A stretch of 62,534 nt of DNA, the filler included, from Stramenopiles sp. TOSAG23-3 (taxonomy: Eukaryota): NCBI GenBank assembly GCA_900128585.1. It is 15 parts of 15 records of this genome, joined end to end, with 100 filler letters (N's around TTAATTAATTAA, not from the genome) between each part and the next. Parts side by side here need not be neighbours in the genome. Positions count along the whole stretch, not along the records: positions 1 to 4,089 come from LT643956.1; positions 4,190 to 8,278 come from LT643957.1; positions 8,379 to 12,466 come from LT643958.1; 12 more parts are not named here. The stretch is one strand, 5' to 3'. Numbering within the stretch: the first letter of the stretch is position 1; every line of letters begins with the position of its first letter. A model generated the notes under the pieces. That model worked only from the letters and a program-made list of their open reading frames with translations. It had not been told where the DNA came from and did no database searches. Made by a program: the position numbers and the translations under genes. Shown here one piece after another: positions 1 to 11,300 of this stretch.

Positions 1-1
1 G

Positions 2-793
2 CCAGATTATGTTGTTGTTCCTCATGGGCGCGAGGCTCCGTTGGATTTGTATCGAAGGGAGTACGGTCCCGACACAACTTATGCAAAAAAAAAAATACTG
101 GGCTTGAGAAGGCCGACAGGACATTCCCACTACCTTGTAAGATTCTTCGGGCCGCACGCAAAATCAGTGGAACGGATGATGTCGGAAGCGCTGCATTTTC
201 ACCCAGACATACGCAAACCAGCGATGGAAATTGTGCACAAACTTAGAGCGCTTGCGGGCGACCAAAAGAAGTTCATGGCGGTGCACCATCGGGTTGAGAG
301 CGATTGGCGCGAGCATTCGAATCACATGGAACGGCTATGGGGCCCCGACGCCGAATTTTGGGTTGGACCAAAGACCATTAAGTCTCGAATAGATAGCGTG
401 CAGGAGCTCAAAAACACCGCAGTAGTGTTCATATCAGTTGCGGAAAGAAATTTAGTTACGTTCGACGGAAATAGCAACGCCACGCACCTTGTTGATTTGT
501 GGGAGAAGGGTAACGTGCATATCGCCAAGCTTGTTTCTTCGTTCACTGGTGACACGAAACATGTCGTATATCTCGTGCTTAGCGCGATCAGTTTTATTGT
601 ATGCGAACATTCGGCGGTATTCGTGGGAAATGGTTACAGCTCATTTGCCCAGGAAATATCTAAACGCCACAGTACCAAAGGCAAGCCCTCTTACGTATAC
701 AATGGCGATCGTGGAATGCAGGCAGCGAAGCTTCGAACCGACCATGGCCGGCTCTCTGAACCTTTTTTTTCCACGATTAGCCCTAACCCTTAG
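2..793 (+). CDS. GDP-fucose protein O-fucosyltransferase (O-FucT)-like glycosyltransferase, C-terminal part (5' truncated)
   Basis: Frame open from the contig start. FMAVHHRVESDW (H-x-R..DW motif), VFISV strand, and ISFIVCEHSAVFVGNGYSSFAQEI (FVG...SSF terminal motif of GT-B O-FucTs). Confidence 0.75.
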   Translation, partial: PDYVVVPHGREAPLDLYRREYGPDTTYAKKKILGLRRPTGHSHYLVRFFGPHAKSVERMMSEALHFHPDIRKPAMEIVHKLRALAGDQKKFMAVHHRVESDWREHSNHMERLWGPDAEFWVGPKTIKSRIDSVQELKNTAVVFISVAERNLVTFDGNSNATHLVDLWEKGNVHIAKLVSSFTGDTKHVVYLVLSAISFIVCEHSAVFVGNGYSSFAQEISKRHSTKGKPSYVYNGDRGMQAAKLRTDHGRLSEPFFSTISPNP

Positions 794-1076
794 GGAGCAT
801 TATTGTATTACGACCGTTCGCATATTTATGAAAGTTATAATTTAGTTGTTACATTTCATTTAAAATGTTTTAAAAGTGTTCCACTTAGCAGCGCTCACGC
901 TGACTTAAATTTTTAAACTAAGTTGTGAGCCGTTTGGCTTGGCGATAGTATCTACCTCTCTGTTTTCGTTTTCTACCACCCGGCGAGAAGGGGACAAACG
1001 CCCCCTACTTCCTTTTACTACTAGTAAGCTGCTTGCAGCAACGTCGCCTTTGCCCGGACCATGGTCACCACCTAAT

Positions 1077-1415
1077 TTATTTATTATTGGCCTTATCATT
1101 GGCGTCTGCTAGTTTTGCCGCCATGTCGCCAGGGTCGCTTGTGGCAGGTGAATCGTCGACGACAGTGTCCGCCGGCATGCCTTGCGGGAAGGGGACGAAT
1201 GTTTCCTGCTTTATTTCCTTTAGATCATCGGGGCCACCAAACTCAGCTTTACGCATTTTTGAGCTATCAGCCTGGTCACTTTTTGACGAGGGTGCACTAG
1301 AAAGTTGAATTAGACTGTCACCTTGCAGTTCGACGCCGCAGCTGAGTCCACATAGCAACGAAGAAAGCAGGGCAACAAAAAGAACAAAGGCGTTCGCAAA
1401 CTTTCGCCCCTTCAT
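1077..1415 (-). CDS. Small secreted protein of unknown function; may continue in the +1 frame to 905
   Basis: ATG, basic N-terminus and hydrophobic signal peptide (MKGRKFANAFVLFVALLSSLLCGLSCG), then an acidic low-complexity body. Ends AAA-TAA with the +1 frame open for 57 further codons. Confidence 0.55.
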   Translation of the reverse strand: MKGRKFANAFVLFVALLSSLLCGLSCGVELQGDSLIQLSSAPSSKSDQADSSKMRKAEFGGPDDLKEIKQETFVPFPQGMPADTVVDDSPATSDPGDMAAKLADANDKANNK

Positions 1416-2005
1416 CCTAAAACTTTCTCGAAAGATATTGCTTCTAATTTCACCAACACTGTTTCATTCCTCTTAGGTCACGCCTACACTAATTGTTTTA
1501 CACCTTTCACTTTTTCCCTCAACATGCAACTGTTATACTTCTTTCACCAAGTCGTTTGAGCTTGCTTCTTCTTTTGTTAAAACCGCAGCAACAATAATAA
1601 TAAGCAATAAAACACTCCCCCCCCCTATTATCCCGCCCCCCCCACCATCTATTATTATTATTATTAGTATTAATAATACTAATAATAATAATTATACTTC
1701 CTCCTCCTTCCTTCTTTTCTCTTCGTTTTTGCTATCTATTATAGGCAAATTCATACTAACAATAGGAGATATGGTACTCCTCGTATATATAACTATCATT
1801 GAATTATTTTATAGAAGACGAGAAAAGAAGAGAGAAGAAGAAGACAAACGATATAATTAATAAAAGAAAAGAAGAAGCAAATAAAAAAAAAAGAAGAGTG
1901 AAATAATAAATAAAAGAATAATCAACATATGTGTATTTATTATTCTATTATCTTGAAATAATACCTTCATAAATGTGGAGATTAATTTTTGATTTAAGGC
2001 GTGAC

Positions 2006-3580
2006 CTATCCACGACGACGGCGTAGCGTTCTCTGAGAGGTCCCGTTTAAATTATGCCCATCCGCATCCTCAAACTGGCATCGAACGTTTACCTTCCCGT
2101 CCGCCACCAAAGTGTTTTCTATTTTACAGGAATGGCAATACCATTTGTTGTCAAGGACCTTGGTGTACAGCCAAACCGTGTGGTCTTGGGGCAGACCGTG
2201 CCAACTGACGGTTCCATTGATAACGACTTTCTCCTCTGTTATCCAACACTTCTCAGCCACGCCATTCACGTCCCATCTGTTGTTCGGAAAATTTAAGATC
2301 TGGTCCAGTGCAAGGATTCGGGCCCCTTTCTTCATGTAGCAGGCGAGGTGCTTTACGTGCTCAATGACGGACGATTTGGTGCCAACTTTGTTCCCATTCC
2401 TAGCGTCCATGGTCCCTCTAGCATTGTTCAAAAAGAAACAGTCCACGCGCTGGAACAGCTCAATAGGGGTCAGGGAGAACTCCATGGCGTCAAGTCTTGG
2501 AAAGATTCGCCGGCACAGGGCATCGCTCGTGCTTTTCAAAAATTCCTTGTTTTCCACCCGGTGTTGGCCCGGGTTAATGCGAGGCGTGCGCCACCCATCG
2601 TTCTCGTCCGTGAAGCTTCCTTGAAGGAACAAGGTCCGGTTCGGGTTGCGGGCCAAAATCTGCGCAGAGCTGCTCGGGTGGGCCTCCGCACGCATCTCTT
2701 TCCATGCTTTTGCGTAGGAAAAAAATTTCCCGACCCGTCTTTCTAATTCTACGGCGTCGTCGTGGCGGCTTTGCACGAGCTCCAGGCCCACGGCAAAGCA
2801 ACGGTGCTGCAAGGCACACTGCAGCACCACTTGACCCATGCCGCTTCCAATATCCAAAAATACGTCGTCCTTTTTTATGTCCAAGTGGGAAAAGACCTGG
2901 TCGCAAAACGAGTAGTATACTGAACCGTATTGCGCCTTGTCTTGGTCATACTGACGTCGAATCCGGCTACCACCATCGTTGTCCAAAGCTTTGTCTTTCT
3001 CAAATTTCTCACGGCCGCCTTTGTTCCAAAACAAGGACTTCATAACCTCCTTGGCGAGCTCTAAGGGGAGGGACTTCCTCAAGTCGTCAGGGAGCTCCCT
3101 GCGCAATCGGTGGATGCGAAATTCCTGCTCACCCGAAGGGTTGTCGTCGTCGCGTTTGTGGCACATCGAATTGTACGTTTCATCAAGCGCAATTTTCATC
3201 GCTGCAATCTTACTGGCAAGAAGACCTCGCTGAAGATCTGAATCCGGGCTTTGAGATGCGCTTCCTCTTTCTCCAATGTCCACCACCTCGTGCACGACCC
3301 TCGGCCGTTTTCTCGAGGCCGTATCCCCTTCGCCTTCCGCCCGTGTCCTGCGACGCGGGTGGTCGCTAACCTGTACCTCGTGCACGGCAATCGGCGTTTC
3401 ACTCGACGCCACCTTCCTTTCCCCGCCCGCCCTAGTCACGCTATGAGAATTGCTACCGGCCAGCAATCGTTCTAAACCCACACCAAAGTTCCCACTAGCT
3501 ACAACAAGTTCCCGCCTCACCCGCTCGGCTGCAAACCCCATGGCAACCAGCTGGTTCACGTGGTTAGCGTTAGGTTCCAT
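2006..3580 (-). CDS. DOT1: DOT1-family histone H3K79 methyltransferase with N-terminal UBA and UIM-like motifs and a C-terminal RanBP2-like Zn-finger remnant
   Basis: QYGSV..FCDQVFSHLDIKKDDVFLDIGSGMGQVVLQCAL..GLEL, FLQGSF, FFLNN and VSW are DOT1 motifs. VNQLVAMGF..VRREL..GNFGVGLERLL is UBA-like, DSDLQRGLLASK UIM-like, KWYCHSCKIEN Zn-finger-like. First ATG at 3580. Confidence 0.8.
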   Translation of the reverse strand: MEPNANHVNQLVAMGFAAERVRRELVVASGNFGVGLERLLAGSNSHSVTRAGGERKVASSETPIAVHEVQVSDHPRRRTRAEGEGDTASRKRPRVVHEVVDIGERGSASQSPDSDLQRGLLASKIAAMKIALDETYNSMCHKRDDDNPSGEQEFRIHRLRRELPDDLRKSLPLELAKEVMKSLFWNKGGREKFEKDKALDNDGGSRIRRQYDQDKAQYGSVYYSFCDQVFSHLDIKKDDVFLDIGSGMGQVVLQCALQHRCFAVGLELVQSRHDDAVELERRVGKFFSYAKAWKEMRAEAHPSSSAQILARNPNRTLFLQGSFTDENDGWRTPRINPGQHRVENKEFLKSTSDALCRRIFPRLDAMEFSLTPIELFQRVDCFFLNNARGTMDARNGNKVGTKSSVIEHVKHLACYMKKGARILALDQILNFPNNRWDVNGVAEKCWITEEKVVINGTVSWHGLPQDHTVWLYTKVLDNKWYCHSCKIENTLVADGKVNVRCQFEDADGHNLNGTSQRTLRRRRG

Positions 3581-4089
3581 TGCTTGATTTTTTTCCAAAA
3601 CTTATACGATATGTACCAGAAATAGAGAGGGAGAACAAAAGAAACCAGTAAGGAAAGGAATGAAACTAACTTTGCAGAATTTTCTCATTCACATTCCTTT
3701 TTCATTGATACCGGTACGGTAATACGCACAGGGGAAGAATGAATAAAACATCTCAATAATATTTATAATACCCGGCGGCGGCGGTGGTTTTGTTTCGTCA
3801 AAAAAAAAAAAGAAAAAAAATTCGAACAAAAAAAAAAAATATAGAAAAGCAAGTGAAGAAGAAAGAAAGAAGGAAGAAGAGAAACAAGAAGAGAAAGAAG
3901 AAGAAATAAAAGAAGAAATAAAAGAAGAAGAAAAAAAAGAAGAAAAAAAAAGAGAAAGAAGTGTGTGTGTGTTATTATATAGTGTTACAACAGTATTATT
4001 TTTGTTTTTATCCTTCTTTTATTTCTTCATTTATTTTTTCATTTTTTTAAAAATATATATTATTAATATAGACATACCAAGGTAGAATA

Positions 4090-4189
4090 NNNNNNNNNNN
4101 NNNNNNNNNNNNNNNNNNNNNNNNNNNNNNNNNTTAATTAATTAANNNNNNNNNNNNNNNNNNNNNNNNNNNNNNNNNNNNNNNNNNNN
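4090..4189. other. Artificial contig-joining spacer (N44-TTAATTAATTAA-N44). Also at 8279-8378, 12467-12566, 16654-16753, 20841-20940, 25028-25127, 29212-29311, 33393-33492, 37574-37673, 41744-41843, 45912-46011, 50071-50170, 54227-54326, 58382-58481
   Basis: Identical 100-bp block with stops in all six frames, repeated 14 times; intervening contigs fall in length from 4089 to 4053 bp. Confidence 0.99.
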
Positions 4190-5016
4190 TAAAAAAGGGT
4201 CTTGTCACTGTCCCCAATTGTTTTCTATCAAAAATTATTTGCCTACTACGGTAGAGAAAGCAAAGGAAGAAGAGAACAATTATAATTTTACCTGTATCAA
4301 CTCGAATGTTTATCATATCCAAATATTGACTAGCGCTTGTTACGTTCTCAAATTGTTTTTCTTTAAATCAATTTTATTAGTGTATTACCCTCAGACGTTT
4401 AATTTTTTTTTTTTGAAAGGGGACTTTTCTTCATTTGTTATAAACAAGGATTCCTTCACAAGGGTTACGTAAACTGTAACTCTCGGGTTGTATGCGAACG
4501 TTTTCAGAAAATTGTAGGTAAACGGTGTTGCACGAAAGTTCTGCGGTTTGTTGTGATGAAACTGTATGGTTTTTCCGGTTCAAACACGTAGTAGTAGAGA
4601 TGATCGATTCCTAATCCCTATGCGTTACCAATACTGGTTGATGCCAAACAACCATTCTGGACCCAAGCCCAACTTTGAAATATAAAAAATCTTGTTGCTT
4701 TCAAACAAAGTAGTAACTAGTTGCAACAACAAAATAAAACACTGCTGAATAGTATATAAGAAGTAAAAATCCCACCACGTTTCTACAACAACATCATTTT
4801 TTGCTCCATCAAAATCTCATAAATCGCAGGTGGTTGATATGATGATGTTATTTTTTAGATTATTATTAATTAGTCTGTGTTTATATTCCCTCTATAAATT
4901 CTATAATGGCACATAACAACAAAAAAGGGTTTTTAGGAAGGTGCGGTCAAGAACTGGGGTCCAAATAAATTTCCTGGCTGCTGCCAAAAGTGGCCATTTA
5001 CATTATATCCTTAATA

Positions 5017-5044
5017 AAAAACAAGAAAATTGGCTGTTATTTAA
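5017..5044 (+). repeat. Dispersed AT-rich element core (AAAACAAGAAAATTGGCTGTTATTTAA), copy 1
   Basis: Near-identical to copies at 5189-5240, 25583-25613, 43986-44005 and 47494-47546, and to degenerate reverse copies at 22087-22158. Confidence 0.85.
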
Positions 5045-5165
5045 TATTAATTTCAATTTTACTCCGAAAAAAAAAGTATCGACGGAAAAGTGGTGCACAT
5101 GTAAATAGCTCTTCTTTTTATATATACATATTGTTAAAAAAACAAATTAACATATATATACGAGT

Positions 5166-5422
5166 AGTATGTTTTAAGACTCTCATTTAAAAACAAGAAA
5201 ATTGGCTGTTATTTAAGTAATTAAATTTAGCTTCGTCGTACCCTAATCCTAACTTGGTTCTGTANNNNNNNNNNNNNTATCCGGAGCGATATCTGAATTG
5301 GCATTGCTTGCAGATGAACCGTAATCAACTTCCTCATCCGATATCTCACTCAGAGACTCTCATTTTAAATCAAATACTACTTCAAATCCAACTCTATAAT
5401 CCTATCTCGATTTTTTAATTTG
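5166..5422 (+). repeat. Composite dispersed repeat: homolog of 53730-53810 (reverse) interrupted by an insert (5189-5353) that carries the TTGGCTG core and is flanked by 12-bp direct repeats AGACTCTCATTT
   Basis: 5166-5188 is the exact reverse complement of 53788-53810; 5354-5422 aligns with the reverse complement of 53730-53799. AGACTCTCATTT occurs at 5177-5188 and 5354-5365. A 13-N gap lies at 5265-5277. Confidence 0.75.
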
Positions 5423-5518
5423 ATTTTTATAGTTTCGTTTCGTCGTTGATGGATAAAAAATGGATTTACGGTTTTCAAAAGAACATTTTTAAATAAAAAG
5501 CTTTGTGATATTGGCATG

Positions 5519-7046
5519 TTACTTTGTAGAACTCCTCACTCGTAAACTTACCTCATCCGGTTCGCACCAATCGCTATCACCCGAGTCGGAGCTTTCGTCC
5601 GAATCGCTATCCGACTCAAAGGCTGCAAATTTATTGCGCAGCACCCCGCCTGTTTCACTGTACGTTTCAAAAGCGCCAAAATAATTGGCGCAACGTTCTG
5701 CGCAACGGCGGCAGCCTGAAAGGTTGCCGCTGTCTGGGCCCACCTGAAGCAGCGCCAAGTTCCCGACGACGGAGAACCCCTCGTCGCCCCACGTGAGGCT
5801 CTCGTCTACGTCTGGCAAATCGTCAACGACGGGAAGGTTGAACCGCTTAATAGCCTCGCTCAAAAGTGGCAGTTTGCTCACGCTTAATTTCGACCCGGTT
5901 GCTAGCACAACGCGGTCCACGGTCAAAGGGGCGGTCCCATGGAGGAATGACAGGTCGATCGCGCCCGGCCTCGTTTCGCACGGGGACATCTCAGCGTTAG
6001 CAATCTCGTCGACGCAAGTTTTAAGCCGGCCTGTCTTCGACGCTGCCTTTAGCATTTCTAAATAGCTCGGCGGTACCGTCGCCCCCCCCCCTTGCCGAAT
6101 GGACCCATGCCCGGCGCTTCGATTTGGGCATATCGTAAAACTCGAACATTCTCGTCTTCTCGCACTTATCGGACCGCCACCCCACCTTCGGGTCCAGCCA
6201 ATCGACCGAGAGGTCGTACAAGCGAGACTTCATGGGGTTTCGAGCGACCAGCAGCACCTTTTGGGCGCCGCGGCGGACAGCCAATAGGGCCGCTTGCGCG
6301 GCGCTCAGCCCGCCGCCAACGACCACGACGGTCTCCCCAGCGAAGGGCAGCGCTTGCAGCAGACGCCAAGAGAAGGTATGGACAACGGAAGGGCTTGCGG
6401 CTGGGTTGACCGAATTATAAACATGCCCCAGCGATTTCGGGATGACCGGGGAGTTGGCTGCGCCAACGGCAAAAATGACGTGCTTCGCACAGACGGGCAA
6501 CTGGTGGCCGGTTACTTCTACGCAGTACGTGCCATCTTCCAGGTCTTGCACCCGCTCGGCCGCACCCGTGACAAGGGTGTGCGGAAGCGACTCGGCGAGC
6601 TCGTCGCAAAAATCGTTGAAAAGTTTAGTTCCAGGAAGTTTGAACAGTCCCGCCCCCACCATGTGGTGCAGATCCTTGATTGCCTTTCGAGGCAAGTCGA
6701 CATCGTGCAGCTCGTTCTCCCTCCCCTTCTTCCACGCAAACTCGGTAATGGCAGCATTGCTGTAGTAGTCCGGCGTGGCCCACGCCGGCGACCGGAGAAA
6801 CTCAATCCCCAACGACTTGAAGCGGCCCTTCCAAGCGCTGAGCCACGTCCCGGCGGGGTCCACTACGCAGACGGACACCTCCTTTCGAGCACCCTGCTTT
6901 CCAATCCCAATCGACTTGTTCCACTGCCGCCTCAACTGCTGCGAGTCGGTCAGGACACCATCAGGGTTGTGCAGAGCACTCAACACTGAAAGCCCAGCCG
7001 GCCCGGCCCCAATGATACAAACGTCATAGGTGTGTGACGCGGCCAT
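5519..7046 (-). CDS. FAD/NAD(P)H-binding flavoprotein (lysine/ornithine N-hydroxylase-like superfamily), frameshifted at a G10 run (6082-6091)
   Basis: DVCIIGAGPAG, FLRSP, VVVVGGGLSAAQAA, then after the shift DRVVLATG and VGNLALLQVGPDSGNLSGCR. Removing one G gives ARGGATVPPSYLEML, joining ORFs 6021-7046 and 5519-6055. Confidence 0.8.
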
Positions 7047-8059
7047 GGTGGTGTAATACGTATCTTATTGTCTAGAGAGCGGTGTAAATCTATATTCTTT
7101 CGTTTTTGTTGAACAATGTTGATGTAAGTAGAATCGAAATCGAAATGAACCTTTGCATATATCGTTGGGTTTAACAAATTAGCTCGCTACTATATAATAT
7201 CAGTCTCTTCAATCTATCTCATCCGCTTCACGCACGCACGCACGCACTTCAACCTCCTCTTCTTCTCGCTTGTTTCCTTCTTCTTCTTCTTTCTTCTTCT
7301 TCTTTCTTCTTCTTTTCTGTTTATATACAAATAGCAGGAGGCAGGAGGTAATAAATAAAAATAATAATAAAAAAAGATTTTTTTTTTTTGTGTTTCTTTC
7401 ATCATTCTTCTTCATAACCCATAACCCCTATGGTATATATATGTAAGAACTATGGTATAGTATACCTTAATATAGAACAGAACTGTCATCAAATAAACCA
7501 ATACTTATAATAAAATCAAAGTATAAATTTGATGATAGTCGATAAAGATAGAATATTTAAGGAATTAACAATGTACAATATATCTACATTTATAATTAGG
7601 AAATATATAGTAGTCTAAAACTAGAATAACTACACTAAACGTTAGATCGTTTTGTTTTAGAATTAGGATTCAGGTTAGAAATAGGGTTGTACATAATCCC
7701 TATTTGTATACCTAATCAATGTACCCAAAAAGCATCCCCCGATATAGAAAGGGCAGAACAAAATAATCCATAGTTAAGGATATGTATATATATATATGCT
7801 GCGTTTATATAACAGATGTATACTGTTTCACTTTTTTAATTCTATTTAGTTATAATTAATATTGAGAAATGATTTCATCTAAATCTGTACATTTACATAG
7901 TCATATGATTTAAAAGGGTCTCAAACCAACATCCCTATAAAACATTTATCCTTAATTATTGTGGTGGTTTGGTTTATCTTGAACTTTTCCTTTCAGCCTG
8001 AAGAAGAATAGATAGAAGGACATGTTATAGGAACAGAGCAAAGATTATTTTGAAATCCA

Positions 8060-8076
8060 TATTTCTTTCTTATTCT

Positions 8077-8124
<48 letters not shown>

Positions 8125-8200
8125 ATAGTTTGTTTGTTTGTTTGTTTGTTTCTTTCTTTCGACTCTTTCTTTGTTTGTTTGTTTCTTTCTTTCTTTCGAT

Positions 8201-8264
<64 letters not shown>

Positions 8265-8278
8265 TCGACTCTTTCGAC
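8060..8278 (+). repeat. (TTTC)n/(TTTG)n microsatellite at contig end
   Basis: Direct inspection. Confidence 0.95.
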
Positions 8279-8378
8279 NNNNNNNNNNNNNNNNNNNNNN
8301 NNNNNNNNNNNNNNNNNNNNNNTTAATTAATTAANNNNNNNNNNNNNNNNNNNNNNNNNNNNNNNNNNNNNNNNNNNN

Positions 8379-11300
8379 GGGGGGGGGGGGTACGCAGATG
8401 GGTGTTGCTGGTACTGCTGCTGGTGGTACTGTTGCGCATAAGCAAACTGCTGCTGTTGGGCAGGATAGGGAAGGCTGTTGCCGGCACCCGGGTATGCTCC
8501 ACCCCCGTATTGCTGAGGGGGGTACGGCTGCGCTTGGTACCCGCCGTTGCCACTAGGGTACTGCTGATAATAGTTTTGGGGGGGAGGACCGCGTGCATAC
8601 TGTTGGGCGCCGGGAAACGCAGCTGCACCACCATATCCTCCTCCCCCTGCTGCTGCTGCGCCAGGGTATGCAGCACCGCCGTATTGCTGTTGTTGCTGGC
8701 GAGGGACGCCGTACCCTGGATAGTGCTGCTGCGGCTGCTGGTATGACCCAGGGTATGCTGCCCCCGGGTATGCGTTAGGGGGGGGCAGAGTATGGGTTTC
8801 GGCTAGATGGAGCCGGGGGGCGGGGGCCGGACGAATACCGCATTTTTTTACGCCGAGGCTCCGCAGATCCCCAGCTTCGCTGCCCCCCACCAGCCATGCG
8901 TTGTTGGTCCCGGGCTTCGTTTTGTGCCAAATACGCGATGCTATGCCTCCCGCCGAAACCGCGCGGGACGCGGCTGATACTATTCAATTGGCTGGCTTCT
9001 AGGGATGGCGGGGGTATCTTTGCCCCTGGCAATATGCGGTTAATGTGGGTTTTGTATTCTGGAAATTCATAAAACGAAGTCTGCACCGAAGTTTTCTTTA
9101 TGGTAGTGAGTGATTTCTCGGCATCTGGAGGCTTCACGCTATCCTGAAAGTGGGGTAGCACCAGCCCAGTGCTCTGCTCGAGCGGCATAAGTTTCCCGCC
9201 TACAACGCCGTTTACAGCACTTTCTACGGAGTACGAGCCTTTGTCCTCTTTGGCCAAGAATTTCTCTTCGATAACTTTCCCAACCTCGCTCTTGAAGTGG
9301 GCATAGATCGTATGTGGAACTAATTCATCCCGAGCCTTTTCTTCCGCCGTGAAGCTCTGATCCACTTCTTTTATGGCGTCCAACAAACGTTTTTCGTCCA
9401 AAAACGGCAGAAGTACAACCCATAGCCATGAGACACTTTTCCCGTTTGGGTCGTACTCGAACTTTTCTGGGTAAAAGTCGATGATCGAACTGTTTGAATC
9501 CTCCATAAGTGCTCGGCAGCTCACAGGCATACAATGGTTGCTGCGGGGTGGGAGAACGGCCATCAATTGAGAAATTGGGGAAAAAGGCTCGCTTTTTTCA
9601 AATGTTATGGGATAATATTGTTCCAAGTTTCGAAGATCGGACGCAAACGGCGCGTAGTGGTACGGGTAGTACCAGCTCCAGGACGCGCAGCCCTTGTAAT
9701 AGTACGCGAGCACCCAGCACAAGCCTTTCGTATATTCTCCCCAAAACGTTGTCGAAAAGTCTTTCTCGTAAATTCTATCCCCAAATTTTTCCAGGTAGTA
9801 CCGTTGCTTCCATCCTTGCTCTCCGAGACGCACGGAATCCTCAATATCATCGCGTATTGTGCGCGCCCGGTTCAATTCCTTCAGCTTTGTTTTGAACGCT
9901 ACCTGTCTTTCCTCTTCGGTCTCTTCAACCGCCTCTGGGTCTTCTTCTTCTCCTGTCACGGTCTCGGCAGTTGCATCGCTGCCCTTCTGTGGCGGCGCGC
10001 CTGCTGCTGCTGCGGACGTGTCTCCCTTGTCTTTCGAAGCTGCCGCGCTGCCCCCTTTCCCCGCTTTCTCGTCGCCACCCTCCTCGTCGCTGCCGTCCAG
10101 CCACCCGTCGTCGCCTTGGGGCTCTCCCGGTTTTGCCTCGTCTTCCTTCTCTTTCTTCGCGCTCCCGGCCGGTCGCTTCAAGCTGCTCTTTTTCTTCGAT
10201 TTCTTGGATCCCAGCGCAACGGCGAATTCTCGCGCAGCGTCGGCAGCCATGGCGCTCAACCCGGCGTCCAGCCTGGTCATCGTGTGCTTGCTGCCCGCGC
10301 GCTTCGGGTCTTTCTTGTTGATTCCTTGGGCAGCCTTCTCGTTCATCTGCCGGTACTGACGCCTCTTTTTGTTCGCCTCTTCGCGGGCCTGGCGCTTTTT
10401 GAAAATCTCGTCCTCCCAATTACCAACGACGCTCAGCATGATGGACGCATTCTGCAAGTCAACGTCCCAATTGTTGGACAAGTACCCGGACATCGTGGGC
10501 AGCCGTCTGCGGTAGAGGTCCATAAGGAGGTCCAAGGCCCCTTCCGAAATGTCCAGGGAGGGCAGGTGGGGCAGGAAATCGTTTCCCACGAAAAAACACA
10601 AAAACACAAAATCGTCAATGACCCGCTCCAGGTCGTAGGGGAAAGGGAAGTTCCCAGAAAATGCCTCTTCGCGAAACTCCCAGCCCAAACACTCCCTCAG
10701 GATCGCCACGGACAAAATCTCCAAAGGTTTTTGGGTCGCCGCCGCGCCGTCGCCGTCCGTCTCGTCGCCAAAGCCGCGCTGGCCGTCCAGCAGGGCCGTG
10801 GCCTTTGCGGTCTTCAGGACCTCTTTGTGCGCCGCTTGGCGCCCGAACACAACTTCTTCCCGCAGAATGTAAAAATTGACCTCGTGGGTTGCCAGGGCAA
10901 GCATTATCAAATCGGCGTCCAGCCCATGAATGACATGGGTCATGTTCGGGTCGTACCCTGGCTGGGTTCGTTGCAACCGAATGAACTCCATAATTTTATG
11001 CTCCCCTTCGCCCGGGGTGTTGGAGTCCGAGAAGACGACGGTCACGTCTTTCCACGCAGCATCGTACGTCATGCGTTGGTGGATGTAAAACCTTAGGTAC
11101 TTTGAAAGTTTGTCCATGAACCCTGTCCCGGGGGTGATCACGTTGTGGTCCCAGTGGGGCTTCCCCGGCGGGGGCGGTTTCCGCCCCATCCTGGCAATGT
11201 CGTTCCGCAGCTTCTGGGCGTCTTCTTCGGCGTCTTTCGCTTCTCTTGCCGCCTTGAACCTTCGGGCCCTCTGCTGGTTTTGTTTCGCGCGGGGAGCGAC

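Noticed and set aside
778..795. TTAGGG/CCCTAA telomere-like words here and near 5241, 25501 and 53752
   Set aside because: Only one or two units, internal, and partly inside CDS or the dispersed repeat; no telomeric array.
4190..5190. Short ORFs 4134-4322, 4218-4472 and 4990-5190
   Set aside because: AT-rich, non-ATG starts, no motifs.
9534..11096. 520-aa antisense ORF over XRN2, and similar shadow ORFs (22928-23956, 34581-35525)
   Set aside because: Expected shadows of GC3-rich coding strands; no independent motifs.
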